Below the pieces are notes generated by a model that had not been told where the DNA came from, did not search any database, and saw only the letters and a program-made list of their open reading frames with translations. This document shows positions 46,406-55,920 of a DNA stretch of 64,000 bases, piece by piece (position 1 is the stretch's first letter; each line of letters opens with the position of its first letter). Position numbers and translations under genes: made by a program. The DNA comes from an uncultured virus (IMG/VR IMGVR_UViG_3300021091_000050) (lineage: Duplodnaviria; Heunggongvirae; Uroviricota; Caudoviricetes): the IMG/VR virus record IMGVR_UViG_3300021091_000050. One strand, written 5' to 3'.

Positions 46406-47570
46406 GCCAGCAGTTATATTCTGCTGTAACTATTCCTCGCTCTGGATGAACATACATAAGCGGTTGTGAAGGTCTTCCTATTGAAGCAAGACTTTCCATT
46501 GCATATGTATTTGTTGATTCAGGGCTTCCAGATATTCTCATCTGAACTGTATTAAATGTCATTTTAGTTGGAGTATGGAAGTGCCCACAATAAACATCTG
46601 TAAAATCTTCCTGTATTGCCCCAACTTTCCATCCATAAACTTTTTTCTGGAAAGAATAAAAAGTTGAAAGACTGCCAAATTGATCACCATGAATTAGTAA
46701 TGACTTATAGTTACCAATTTTATCAATTGCGTACCAGTTTCTTTCTCCATGACCATCTGGTATAACAAATTTAATTCTTTTTTCTTTTTCAAAAATTAAT
46801 TGCGTAATACGATAGAGCATTCGATCAGCATTAGTTTCTGGATCGTGATCTCTTCTTGCTCTACCACCAATTGAACCATGATTACCAATTATTCCAAAAA
46901 ATGTAATTGTTTCAAAATTTTCCAACATTGATGTAATAAAATTTTTCATGATTCTTGGACCATCAACTGTAATTTGTCGATAAAGACCGCCATCAACCAA
47001 AAAAGATTGACCTGGGAATATCAATTCACCTTCAACAATATCACCAAGACACCAGATGTGAAGATGCTTAACAGGATGATTTTGACGTTGAATTTCTGTT
47101 AGATTAATAATTTTATCTGCATATTTCTTAATTCTATCTTCACATACAGTTGAGTTATAATCAGGTGTAACTTTTGCAAGCTGCCAGTCCGCAAGAATCG
47201 CAACCGCAACCTCCTCTCCAGATTTTCTTTTGTCGCTTTCTGGCTTAGGAACAGGATTGTATTTCCAATCAGATATTTCTAAATTATCTTTTACTGCTCT
47301 ATAAACAGCGTCAGCAAGATGATCTTCTTTTGCCTTGAGTTTTTCATACTCTTGCAAAAGTTTTGTATATGAAATCTTCAACTCTGTTTCTGTCTTTGGT
47401 TCTTCACCAGAAAAAACGTCCTTGGGAGTAGGCACTATTCCATTCTCTTTTCTAAATCGGCAGAGCCCCGTGGAGTCAATTGTCTTTCTACAGGTTGGGT
47501 CTGCATATCTTTGATTTGCCGTGTTTGGCTCAAATTCCATTGGGCACTCATCGGCTTCGCAAATCTTCAT
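46398..47570 (-). CDS. metallophosphoesterase/nuclease
   Basis: ADWQ, GD.VEG, GNH, HGD, GHFH. Confidence 0.8.
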   Translation of the reverse strand: MKICEADECPMEFEPNTANQRYADPTCRKTIDSTGLCRFRKENGIVPTPKDVFSGEEPKTETELKISYTKLLQEYEKLKAKEDHLADAVYRAVKDNLEISDWKYNPVPKPESDKRKSGEEVAVAILADWQLAKVTPDYNSTVCEDRIKKYADKIINLTEIQRQNHPVKHLHIWCLGDIVEGELIFPGQSFLVDGGLYRQITVDGPRIMKNFITSMLENFETITFFGIIGNHGSIGGRARRDHDPETNADRMLYRITQLIFEKEKRIKFVIPDGHGERNWYAIDKIGNYKSLLIHGDQFGSLSTFYSFQKKVYGWKVGAIQEDFTDVYCGHFHTPTKMTFNTVQMRISGSPESTNTYAMESLASIGRPSQPLMYVHPERGIVTAEYNCWLD

Positions 47571-47601
47571 AGGGATAATTATACACCAATAATGGGCGAT
47601 A

Positions 47602-48042
47602 TCAATCGAAATAGGGCGGTTTTCTTATGGGGTCTAATCTTTTATTTAAGGGTTTTTTTATTATTTTTTTTCTTTGTTTCATATTGGCCCGAAGTTTTTC
47701 TCTATGTTTCTCAGAAGGTCTTTTCCCTTCCCTATGAATTGCGCTATGCTCTGAATGAGAGCAAAGAAAAAGATTCTCTAAACGATTGTCGCTTTTAATT
47801 TCATTAATGTGATGGACAGTTTCCCATTGATTTAAATATCTATTTACATAGGCTTCCATGACCGCACGATGTTCGTATATATAACCTTTAATGTTTGCGG
47901 GATGATCTGGCATTAATATTCTTACATAGCCTTTATCATCAATATATTTACCGCCCCCATAGTTTGGGTTCATTTCTCCAAGAGCCGTTCTCTCAGACCA
48001 ACTTATATCTGTCCTTTGAGAAGCAAGTGGGCGTTTTGTCAC
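47602..48042 (-). CDS. HNH endonuclease
   Basis: EHR.VME; VHHIN....DNR..NL. Confidence 0.9.
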   Translation of the reverse strand: MTKRPLASQRTDISWSERTALGEMNPNYGGGKYIDDKGYVRILMPDHPANIKGYIYEHRAVMEAYVNRYLNQWETVHHINEIKSDNRLENLFLCSHSEHSAIHREGKRPSEKHREKLRANMKQRKKIIKKPLNKRLDPIRKPPYFD

Positions 48043-48045
48043 AAA

Positions 48046-48711
48046 TTAAACCGATCCACCAATATCTTCAACATAAAATTGTATTCTTTCAGTCCCTAAA
48101 ATAGAAAAGGACGGAGCGTTATTTACTTGAGGTGTTCCATCATCTCTTATAACACTTACATAATATCTTTTATTCGTAATACCAGAACTAAGACTATCAG
48201 CAACAAAGCTGTATGTTCCAGCGCCAATTTTTGATGGATAAGAAGATGGGGTTTTTAATATATGATTTGAAATATTTGCATTTGCAGAAGCTACATTGAT
48301 AAAACTATAAGTGTGTGGTGTAACTTTCCAAGTAATAACCTCTAATGGAGCAGATGTTGTACCTTCACTAATCCGAATAAGAAATGTTGAATCTTCAGCA
48401 CCAGCATTATTGATAGTAATCCCTGGAAATGAAAGCATAAATCTATAATATCTATTAGCACCAACTGTAATTAAATTATTAACCCCTCCACCGCCTTCGT
48501 TTTCAAGAGCAATAATTTCATTTTCTGTATTAAAATTAGTGTAGGGTCCAAGAGTTCCTGTTATGGTTGTTTTTATTTTGATAAGCCCTTTTGGACTATC
48601 ATCAGTGGCATCTTTTACCTGACTGATATTTGTTGACATTTGTTGGAGTCGTTCGCTTGTAATCGGGGTAACGCCCGACCAAGAAACAAATGAATAATTT
48701 TCGTAAGCCAT
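48046..48711 (-). CDS. minor tail/structural protein
   Basis: End of tail operon; W....PIT..RL and VEDIG motifs. Confidence 0.55.
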   Translation of the reverse strand: MAYENYSFVSWSGVTPITSERLQQMSTNISQVKDATDDSPKGLIKIKTTITGTLGPYTNFNTENEIIALENEGGGGVNNLITVGANRYYRFMLSFPGITINNAGAEDSTFLIRISEGTTSAPLEVITWKVTPHTYSFINVASANANISNHILKTPSSYPSKIGAGTYSFVADSLSSGITNKRYYVSVIRDDGTPQVNNAPSFSILGTERIQFYVEDIGGSV

Positions 48712-48720
48712 ATCTATCTA

Positions 48721-50586
48721 TTATACTCCATTTTCTAATATTTCTATCTTTTTGTATAATTCCTGAATTAAATGCATCATTGCTGGGATAATTGTTAAAT
48801 AATTCCATGCTTCTGGACGACCCTCTTCATCAACTGTTGCACCGATTGGATATTTATCAAACATATCTTCAGCAATAAATCCTATAAGATATTTATTCAA
48901 AAAGGAATCATCCTCTGACAAACATTCATTTTTGTATTTGAATTGTTTTACTCCTACAGATAGCAATCTCATTGGATCTAACAGATCCATGTTTATATCA
49001 GAAATTTGTTCTTTATATCTGATTGATGAAGGTGCCGCTTTACGAAGAAAACCGCCCGTTTGTGCATTGACCCACCATGCAGCAGCACCGTTTGCTGTGC
49101 CTATATTATTTGTTGCAGTCCTAAAAAAATCACCATCAGCATTTATATTTCCACTATTTGTAGTAGAAAGAGACCTTCCAGTTATCCCAGCACTGCTGGT
49201 TACAGCACCGCCATCAAATGTTCCTTTGAAAGTACCAAAATAATTTGGTGCGGTGATAGTATCTGTGGTTATTGACGATCCAGTAATTGAAGTTCTAGCA
49301 CCATATGCATAAACGCTAAATGCTCCTGGATAAATATATGCTTCAGCATATGAATCATCATAAATTCCATATTGAAAAATTCCACTTGTTGGAGAAATAA
49401 ATGTAGTATAGTTTGTTCCACCAACATTAACATCTTTTTGAAGTCTTGTAGAAGTAATATCCCAGCCACCAATTGAACCAGAACCCGCTGTCACGCTACC
49501 GCTAAACGAACCAGAGCCAGCAAAAGAAACATTTCCAGAACTATCTATCCTAAAATTTTTAGATACAAATTGACCACCATCAAGATCCAATCTTGTTCCC
49601 GCAGTTGAATATGTATCTGTCCCATTCCAATTAAAGTTAGTTGAATCAACAGAACCTGTTCTTATTTTTCCACCACTAATCGTAGTCGCTCCAGCATTAA
49701 TTCTCCCTGCTGGATCAGATGCCCCTGTTGCAGCATTAGAAACAACAGTTGAGGCAGCGGTTGCGCCAATTGTAACGCTATTGCTAATTACACCAGTAGA
49801 AAAATTTATATAACCATTGCTATATAATACTGTTGACCCGCCAGTGATATTAGATGTGTTAATTGTCCATCCACCAATTGTTCCTGAGTTAGAAGTTATT
49901 GTTCCCGAAATCGATGCAGATGTTGCAGATAACGTACCACTCGCTGATACAGTGAAGTCTCCATTTGTGATTCTACCATTAGAAAAAACTGTTGTATTAC
50001 CAAATGTTGCTGCTCCATTGCTATAGAGGATTGTAGATCCACCAGTAATATTTGATGTATTAATCGTCCAACCAGCAATATTACCAGAAGTCGCTGCAAC
50101 AGTTCCTCTTACCGTAACATTGTTAAACTCAGCAGAGCCTGTATTTGATATAATCCAACCAGAATTCCCTGACGAGTAGTTATTGCTTTGAATAATATTG
50201 TTAACAAGAATAATGTTTGAAACAAGCTCATCAGCAGTTATTGTATTTGCAGAAATTTCGTTTGCAGTTATTGTGTTTGCTCTAATTATATTTCCATTAA
50301 AAGCACCTGGTTCTAATCTAATTCCTGCAGGTTCTAGTATTGATGAGTTAACAACTCTTTTAATTAATTCTTCAAATGCAATTCTATTGTTTTCTTGTTT
50401 TATTGCTCTATCTCTATTAATATCTGTTCCAACAAATGTTGGAGAAAAGTCATAAACTGAATACACATTTGTATCTATTAATGATGAATTTTGTCCACTA
50501 TGTGAGTGACCACCTGATGGAAAAAATACAATTGAATTTTCTGACGCCCCAATTGAACCAGAAATTGTTTGTCTAATTCTTGCCAC
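48721..50586 (-). CDS. tail fiber/spike with C-terminal intramolecular chaperone (S74)
   Basis: ANTITA and G.IGGW.I repeats; SSIRYKEQI, GFIAE, coiled-coil end. Confidence 0.85.
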   Translation of the reverse strand: MARIRQTISGSIGASENSIVFFPSGGHSHSGQNSSLIDTNVYSVYDFSPTFVGTDINRDRAIKQENNRIAFEELIKRVVNSSILEPAGIRLEPGAFNGNIIRANTITANEISANTITADELVSNIILVNNIIQSNNYSSGNSGWIISNTGSAEFNNVTVRGTVAATSGNIAGWTINTSNITGGSTILYSNGAATFGNTTVFSNGRITNGDFTVSASGTLSATSASISGTITSNSGTIGGWTINTSNITGGSTVLYSNGYINFSTGVISNSVTIGATAASTVVSNAATGASDPAGRINAGATTISGGKIRTGSVDSTNFNWNGTDTYSTAGTRLDLDGGQFVSKNFRIDSSGNVSFAGSGSFSGSVTAGSGSIGGWDITSTRLQKDVNVGGTNYTTFISPTSGIFQYGIYDDSYAEAYIYPGAFSVYAYGARTSITGSSITTDTITAPNYFGTFKGTFDGGAVTSSAGITGRSLSTTNSGNINADGDFFRTATNNIGTANGAAAWWVNAQTGGFLRKAAPSSIRYKEQISDINMDLLDPMRLLSVGVKQFKYKNECLSEDDSFLNKYLIGFIAEDMFDKYPIGATVDEEGRPEAWNYLTIIPAMMHLIQELYKKIEILENGV

Positions 50587-53500
50587 TACATAACCTTCCT
50601 TAATGTTACTGAATGATCCAATGAATCACCAACATTCAAACTGTGACCAACAACCCAATAATCAGTATTTGATATATCCATTGTATCAAGAGAAGTTATC
50701 TTTACGCGGTCTCCGAGCTGAATTGTTGGTAAAGCTATCGATGATATTGTCAAAATTGGTACTGGTTCTGAGAGTTTTGAAATAAAAAAATCTGCAATCT
50801 TGGTTGCATGCAAAGCATCTGTAATATATGAATTATCTATAATAATTTCTTTTAATCCATACTTTTTGACATCTGAGGCAAGACTTGAACTTTGTTTTCT
50901 TACCTGGGCTGCCTGCTCTGTTGTCACAATGGGTGTTCCAGCAATAGAAGTCAACTGGACCTCACCTGTTAGTGGGTTTGTTCCTTGTAGGAAAACAAAT
51001 TCGCCAGAGCTGACTGAATTAGAAGCAACAATGATTAACTCCGCGCCATACGATGTTGGTTTAAAACTGTGAATCTCAACAAGATTGGGATCTTCATACT
51101 GTATTGCGCTAATAAATGGAAGTTGGATATTAAATGCCGGTGCCTTATCAAACTTAGCATCAAAATATTTTACTTCTCTAACTTTTGTATTTGCATTATG
51201 TGTTGTTGCTGTTGTGTTAAACTGAGATCTCTCAACACCCAAAAATGATGTTGAGTTTATTGAAGTATACTTAACTATCTCATTATCAATTTTAAGATAT
51301 CCATTTTTAGAAAATGGAGGATCATCTGTTGTATTTACTATTACAGTATTTGAATTAGATGTTAAGTTTGCTGCAAGAGTAACAACTCCAAGCGTTGTGG
51401 GGTCTGGAGCATTCCAAAGCCCTTGGCGACCCTGCAGTGAGGATGCCAGACCCGACACGTTCACAGTTACTTTATTAGTAATCAATTGAACATTGTAATC
51501 ACCAGAAATAATATTTGTATTACCAGACAATGACTGTTGTACTTGAGAATGCTGGGGTATAGAAGATTCAAAGAATCTATAGAAGTGATCGTATCTTGCT
51601 CTATCTAGTTCATCAATATACATTCTTCCAAAATCAGCTAATGAAACAGTATCTATAATATCTCTAACACTTGTATCATTGCCATAAAAGAAAGGGAATA
51701 CAGTTAATGGTTGAATCTTTGTTGTAATATATCTATTTAATATTTGATCACCAGTTAATGCTTTATTATAAATAGTAAATTCATCAATTGTAAAAGATCT
51801 TTTTGTTGAAGACATTGTTTCACCATAAGGCGTGCTTGGATTCGTGTATTCAACATAACTAGCACCTCTACCACCTATCGTTATATCCAAATTAGCCCAA
51901 GAGTTAATATTGTGTACAGAGCCTTCAGTATCTAAATGTTGACCATTAATATAATATTTTAAACTTGATCCATCCTTGACAACAACAATATGACTAAACT
52001 CAGAAGTAGAAAGAGCAATGTCTGAAGATACGGTTTTGGTCCCGCCAGATGTTTTTAATTTAAATCCATGACCAGAAGAGTTGTTAAAGAATTCAAACCC
52101 AGCAGTTGGGTTTGAATTTGCCCAGTTGCTTATATATTCTCCATCACTACTAAATACAGTTGGTAATTTTGCATAAATTTCAATTGTCCAATCACCTGTG
52201 TATGTATTGCTAGAACTATTCACAATATTTAAAGCATTAGAGTATGGAATTCTTATATATGCATTATTTTCCAATAAAACAGATTTATTATCAACCTCAG
52301 AAACCAAGCCAGTTGTTTGACCAAGTTTTGGAGAAGATACATAGACTCCATAATTTCTATGATGATTACAGTTTTTATTAGCAATTAAAGGAGAAGCATC
52401 ATTTGCACCAAGTGAATCAAAAGCACATATTGTATAACAATCATCGGCATCAATAATGAAATCAGAACCTCCAGTATTACCCCATAATTCTAGAGAGAAA
52501 TTGTTTGTAGTATAGAAAAACTCTATTCTGATCTTGTATGGCTTACCAGCGTCTAAATCAAGATTTTGAGATATTGAACTAGATACATCAGTCAAAGAAC
52601 CTGGATGATCAAACCATTCATTAATAATTAAATTATCATCTAAGTAAAGTCTCGTACCACCATTTTTTATTCTTAAGAAAATTTCTTGGACACCAGACTC
52701 ACTAGGGACATAAAAACCATCTATAATTCCGTTGTAATATGAATCAATCAATTCACCGCCATATGATGTGAATGAATAATCAGAAAGTTCAAGAGCTGAT
52801 GTTGTTGGTGATGAAATGCTTTTACTTAATGCAACATAGTCTGGGGCTACAAAAGATTTCTGCCCCAAAGCTTTTTCTAATTCAGAAAGTTGACGATCAA
52901 TGGCATCTCCAAGAATATCTTTGACAAGAGATTCTTTCCCAGTAGGCATAGCCCAAAATCTTGCTCTTAATCCAGATGATGGAACTATTTGATTTGATGA
53001 TCTATCAATCGTTGGCTCGTTAAATGAATATTGAGCAATACCGCCAATTCTTCTTGGTTCATCAGTATGTCTTACAAGTTGATCATAATCCGCTTGTGGG
53101 AAATGACAAGAGAGTAATAATGATCGAATCGCATCACCAGCAGTAACGCTTTCTTCAAAATAGCCTAATGTTATTTGTTTTTCTGAAAGATATTTACTCC
53201 AGTCATTGCATTTAATAGATACCTGCATTGAGCTTCCACCAGACCACTCATCAACATAGAAAGTTCCTGCATGAACATATTCATATGGGTCGAATGTAAC
53301 AACAGCACCTACTGTATGGCCCTTGGCAGTGGTATTGTTGTAGCCCCTTTCTGCTATTTGTAAAATTTTATCACTTGTCTTTTGACTAATAAGCAGCATC
53401 TCTTCAGACTGAGTGTCTTTATCTACAAATACTGTATAGTAAGTCCCAACATCACCCCCATCTGGAAAAATATTGGTATCCTCAACGGTCAGGGTTGAAG

Positions 53501-54461
53501 AGTTTGCGGCTATATTTGCTTTTAAAATGGTATTTGAAAGTATATTTTCTGTTTTTTTAATTCTCCAACCATTTGCTATAGTTATTTTTAAATCTTTTTT
53601 CATATATTTACCATAGTCAGATGACTGATTGAATGGATTAAATATTTTTGTTGAGTTATCCAAACTTATCGAAGCGGATGACGATCCAGACCCCGCGATG
53701 GGAAGGCTTGTTTCATGTAAATCCCTTGTTCTCTCAACAGAGTGGTTTATTACATAATCAGAAATATCTGTTTCATAAATTGGAGAAACTTCTTGCAATC
53801 TTGCATAGTCTTGAGGATTCACCGTTGAATGAACAACAACTTTAATTTTATACACATCCTGTGATGCCAAAGAAGCCGACACGTTATGATCTCTAAAATA
53901 TTCACCATCTGCAATAGAGCCGTCTTCTTGTAAGATTAAAGTTAAAGATTGATTATATACATATAATGTATAATCACTAATTCTTCCATAATATTCAGAA
54001 GTAGCTATTCTAATTCTATTAACTTTTCTTTGAGTGAATTGCCACTCTGCATATGGATCTGTAGCAAACCCATAGCCAGTATATGTATTTGAAGCAGATG
54101 AAGAACTTACAGAACCTGACCACCACCCATATTTGTAACCATCATCAAGATTTGACGGGACTGTATACCATTGACCATTTGCTGTAATTACCTTGCCATC
54201 AACATCTTTTGCATCACAAACACCCCATGTAAAAGATTGACGATCTTTACCACTCATCCCGTCTATTGGAGAGAAATAATACCCAAGATCCCCGACTGAA
54301 TTAGAAGCATGACTGCTATTTGTTGTCGCTGTCAGTGAGTCCACATGACGACTATCAAGCCATTGAATTACAATTTTTGGCTTAACTTTTTGGGCATAGG
54401 AAGTTATAGCAGATGTAAATGTGTTAGATAAAGTTTTACCATATATATCGCTCGAAATCAT
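50586..54461 (-). CDS. large minor tail protein with PA14-like and LamG-like domains
   Basis: RLYLDDNLII..W / LDAGKPY.IRIEF; WTIE, HIVVV, YYING, IDEF.IYNKALT. Confidence 0.75.
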   Translation of the reverse strand: MISSDIYGKTLSNTFTSAITSYAQKVKPKIVIQWLDSRHVDSLTATTNSSHASNSVGDLGYYFSPIDGMSGKDRQSFTWGVCDAKDVDGKVITANGQWYTVPSNLDDGYKYGWWSGSVSSSSASNTYTGYGFATDPYAEWQFTQRKVNRIRIATSEYYGRISDYTLYVYNQSLTLILQEDGSIADGEYFRDHNVSASLASQDVYKIKVVVHSTVNPQDYARLQEVSPIYETDISDYVINHSVERTRDLHETSLPIAGSGSSSASISLDNSTKIFNPFNQSSDYGKYMKKDLKITIANGWRIKKTENILSNTILKANIAANSSTLTVEDTNIFPDGGDVGTYYTVFVDKDTQSEEMLLISQKTSDKILQIAERGYNNTTAKGHTVGAVVTFDPYEYVHAGTFYVDEWSGGSSMQVSIKCNDWSKYLSEKQITLGYFEESVTAGDAIRSLLLSCHFPQADYDQLVRHTDEPRRIGGIAQYSFNEPTIDRSSNQIVPSSGLRARFWAMPTGKESLVKDILGDAIDRQLSELEKALGQKSFVAPDYVALSKSISSPTTSALELSDYSFTSYGGELIDSYYNGIIDGFYVPSESGVQEIFLRIKNGGTRLYLDDNLIINEWFDHPGSLTDVSSSISQNLDLDAGKPYKIRIEFFYTTNNFSLELWGNTGGSDFIIDADDCYTICAFDSLGANDASPLIANKNCNHHRNYGVYVSSPKLGQTTGLVSEVDNKSVLLENNAYIRIPYSNALNIVNSSSNTYTGDWTIEIYAKLPTVFSSDGEYISNWANSNPTAGFEFFNNSSGHGFKLKTSGGTKTVSSDIALSTSEFSHIVVVKDGSSLKYYINGQHLDTEGSVHNINSWANLDITIGGRGASYVEYTNPSTPYGETMSSTKRSFTIDEFTIYNKALTGDQILNRYITTKIQPLTVFPFFYGNDTSVRDIIDTVSLADFGRMYIDELDRARYDHFYRFFESSIPQHSQVQQSLSGNTNIISGDYNVQLITNKVTVNVSGLASSLQGRQGLWNAPDPTTLGVVTLAANLTSNSNTVIVNTTDDPPFSKNGYLKIDNEIVKYTSINSTSFLGVERSQFNTTATTHNANTKVREVKYFDAKFDKAPAFNIQLPFISAIQYEDPNLVEIHSFKPTSYGAELIIVASNSVSSGEFVFLQGTNPLTGEVQLTSIAGTPIVTTEQAAQVRKQSSSLASDVKKYGLKEIIIDNSYITDALHATKIADFFISKLSEPVPILTISSIALPTIQLGDRVKITSLDTMDISNTDYWVVGHSLNVGDSLDHSVTLRKVM

Positions 54462-55522
54462 TACACTTCTTCCAAAGTCAAATTACAATCCCAATAGTAT
54501 ACATCATTTTGTAAATCTCTTCTTACAAGAGTCTCTGAGTAATCTCTTATAAATACATTATATGATGTTTCTGTATATGGTGTTGCGTCATCTGAATCAT
54601 TATTTATAACTTTTAAAACGTGAACATCTGGATCTGAAGCCAGCTCTCTTATGAAGTCTCTTGCATATCTTTTATCAACTGTGTCATATCTTGAACTTGG
54701 TAAGAACACCCAGGAAAGACTAAAAGAGTTCCGACCAGCGGAAGAAGATCTTTTGTAATATCTTGATTTAAGATTATTCCAATTTTTATTTTCAACAAAT
54801 ACCATAGATTGATCGCTTGTTAAAGTGCGGCCTTGATTTGTTAAAGGTTTATCATCAATCACAAAAAGCGTCCTGTAGTGTGATGTATCTGGTACGTCAT
54901 TGACAGCAAATTTAATAGCTGTTGCAAGAATCTCAACACCAGTCGTTATATTTATTTGTGCAAGAAGAATCTCTCCAGCAATGGTGGTGACAATGGTAAA
55001 TGGATTTATAGAACAAGAAGCTGCTATTAATCTTCTTCCTGTGAAGTTTGCTGTGACCTCGCCAGACAGAGCACATATTGCTTTTGCTGATTTTATTGAT
55101 GTTGCTTGTAATGAGCTATCACAAGGTATTGCAATAGCAAATAAAGCTTCTTTATACACTAGAATTTGCAAATTAGAAATAATATTAATTGAAGAAGAAA
55201 GTAATTGAATTTTATAAGCAATAACGTTCAAATTAGATTGAATGCTTGTTGAACTTGAGGCTGAAGTTATTTTAGACGTATTAGTGGATACATCCGAAGT
55301 AACATTAATATTACAAGACGCAGATTTTACTGCAAGACCAAGACTTACATTATATCCTTGACATTCAATATTGACTGATGCGTTTGCAATTTTTAAAACT
55401 GATACTGAAACATTTGAAGTGCAATTTATTGACGATGACCCAAGTTCGACACTAATATCATTATAAAAATCAACACCGCTTTTAAAAGATTCTGTTATAT
55501 TATAATAAAATTGAGATGACAT
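54461..55522 (-). CDS. minor tail protein
   Basis: C-terminal domain similar to 55522-55920; S/T/A-rich repeats. Confidence 0.65.
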   Translation of the reverse strand: MSSQFYYNITESFKSGVDFYNDISVELGSSSINCTSNVSVSVLKIANASVNIECQGYNVSLGLAVKSASCNINVTSDVSTNTSKITSASSSTSIQSNLNVIAYKIQLLSSSINIISNLQILVYKEALFAIAIPCDSSLQATSIKSAKAICALSGEVTANFTGRRLIAASCSINPFTIVTTIAGEILLAQINITTGVEILATAIKFAVNDVPDTSHYRTLFVIDDKPLTNQGRTLTSDQSMVFVENKNWNNLKSRYYKRSSSAGRNSFSLSWVFLPSSRYDTVDKRYARDFIRELASDPDVHVLKVINNDSDDATPYTETSYNVFIRDYSETLVRRDLQNDVYYWDCNLTLEEV

Positions 55523-55920
55523 TAAACTTCCTCAAAACCCATTGAAACATCATAATAAGCACATCTATTTTCGACATCTCTTTTTATTAATGTTTCTGAA
55601 TAACTTGTGGCATACACAGTGAATGACTCGTCTGAGGATTCTGGGGACAATTTAGTGACTAAGGAAATAGTGCCTCTTTTTTGAGCAAGAGACTTGAGAA
55701 AATCCCTACCAGCTCTGCCATCCACTGTGTACGCCGCCAAGTTTGGCAAATATGTAAAAGATAGGTTAAAAACCTTCTTATTCTTTCGAATATATCTTTT
55801 ATTAATGCCTGAATCTAATTCCACATCAGATGCAGAAATAGATTCATTATCACTGAACTTTTTACCGTGCTCAGTAATTTCTGTACCGTCTAACGTAACC
55901 ATTTTAGTAATTGACATCAC
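55522..55920 (-). CDS. minor tail protein (distal-tail-like)
   Basis: Directly downstream of tape measure gene. Confidence 0.6.
   Translation of the reverse strand: MMSITKMVTLDGTEITEHGKKFSDNESISASDVELDSGINKRYIRKNKKVFNLSFTYLPNLAAYTVDGRAGRDFLKSLAQKRGTISLVTKLSPESSDESFTVYATSYSETLIKRDVENRCAYYDVSMGFEEV

Noticed and set aside
49800..50110. Repeat in tail fiber as a DGR template/variable pair
   Set aside because: In-frame protein repeat (GWTINTSNITGGST) with synonymous differences; no reverse transcriptase.
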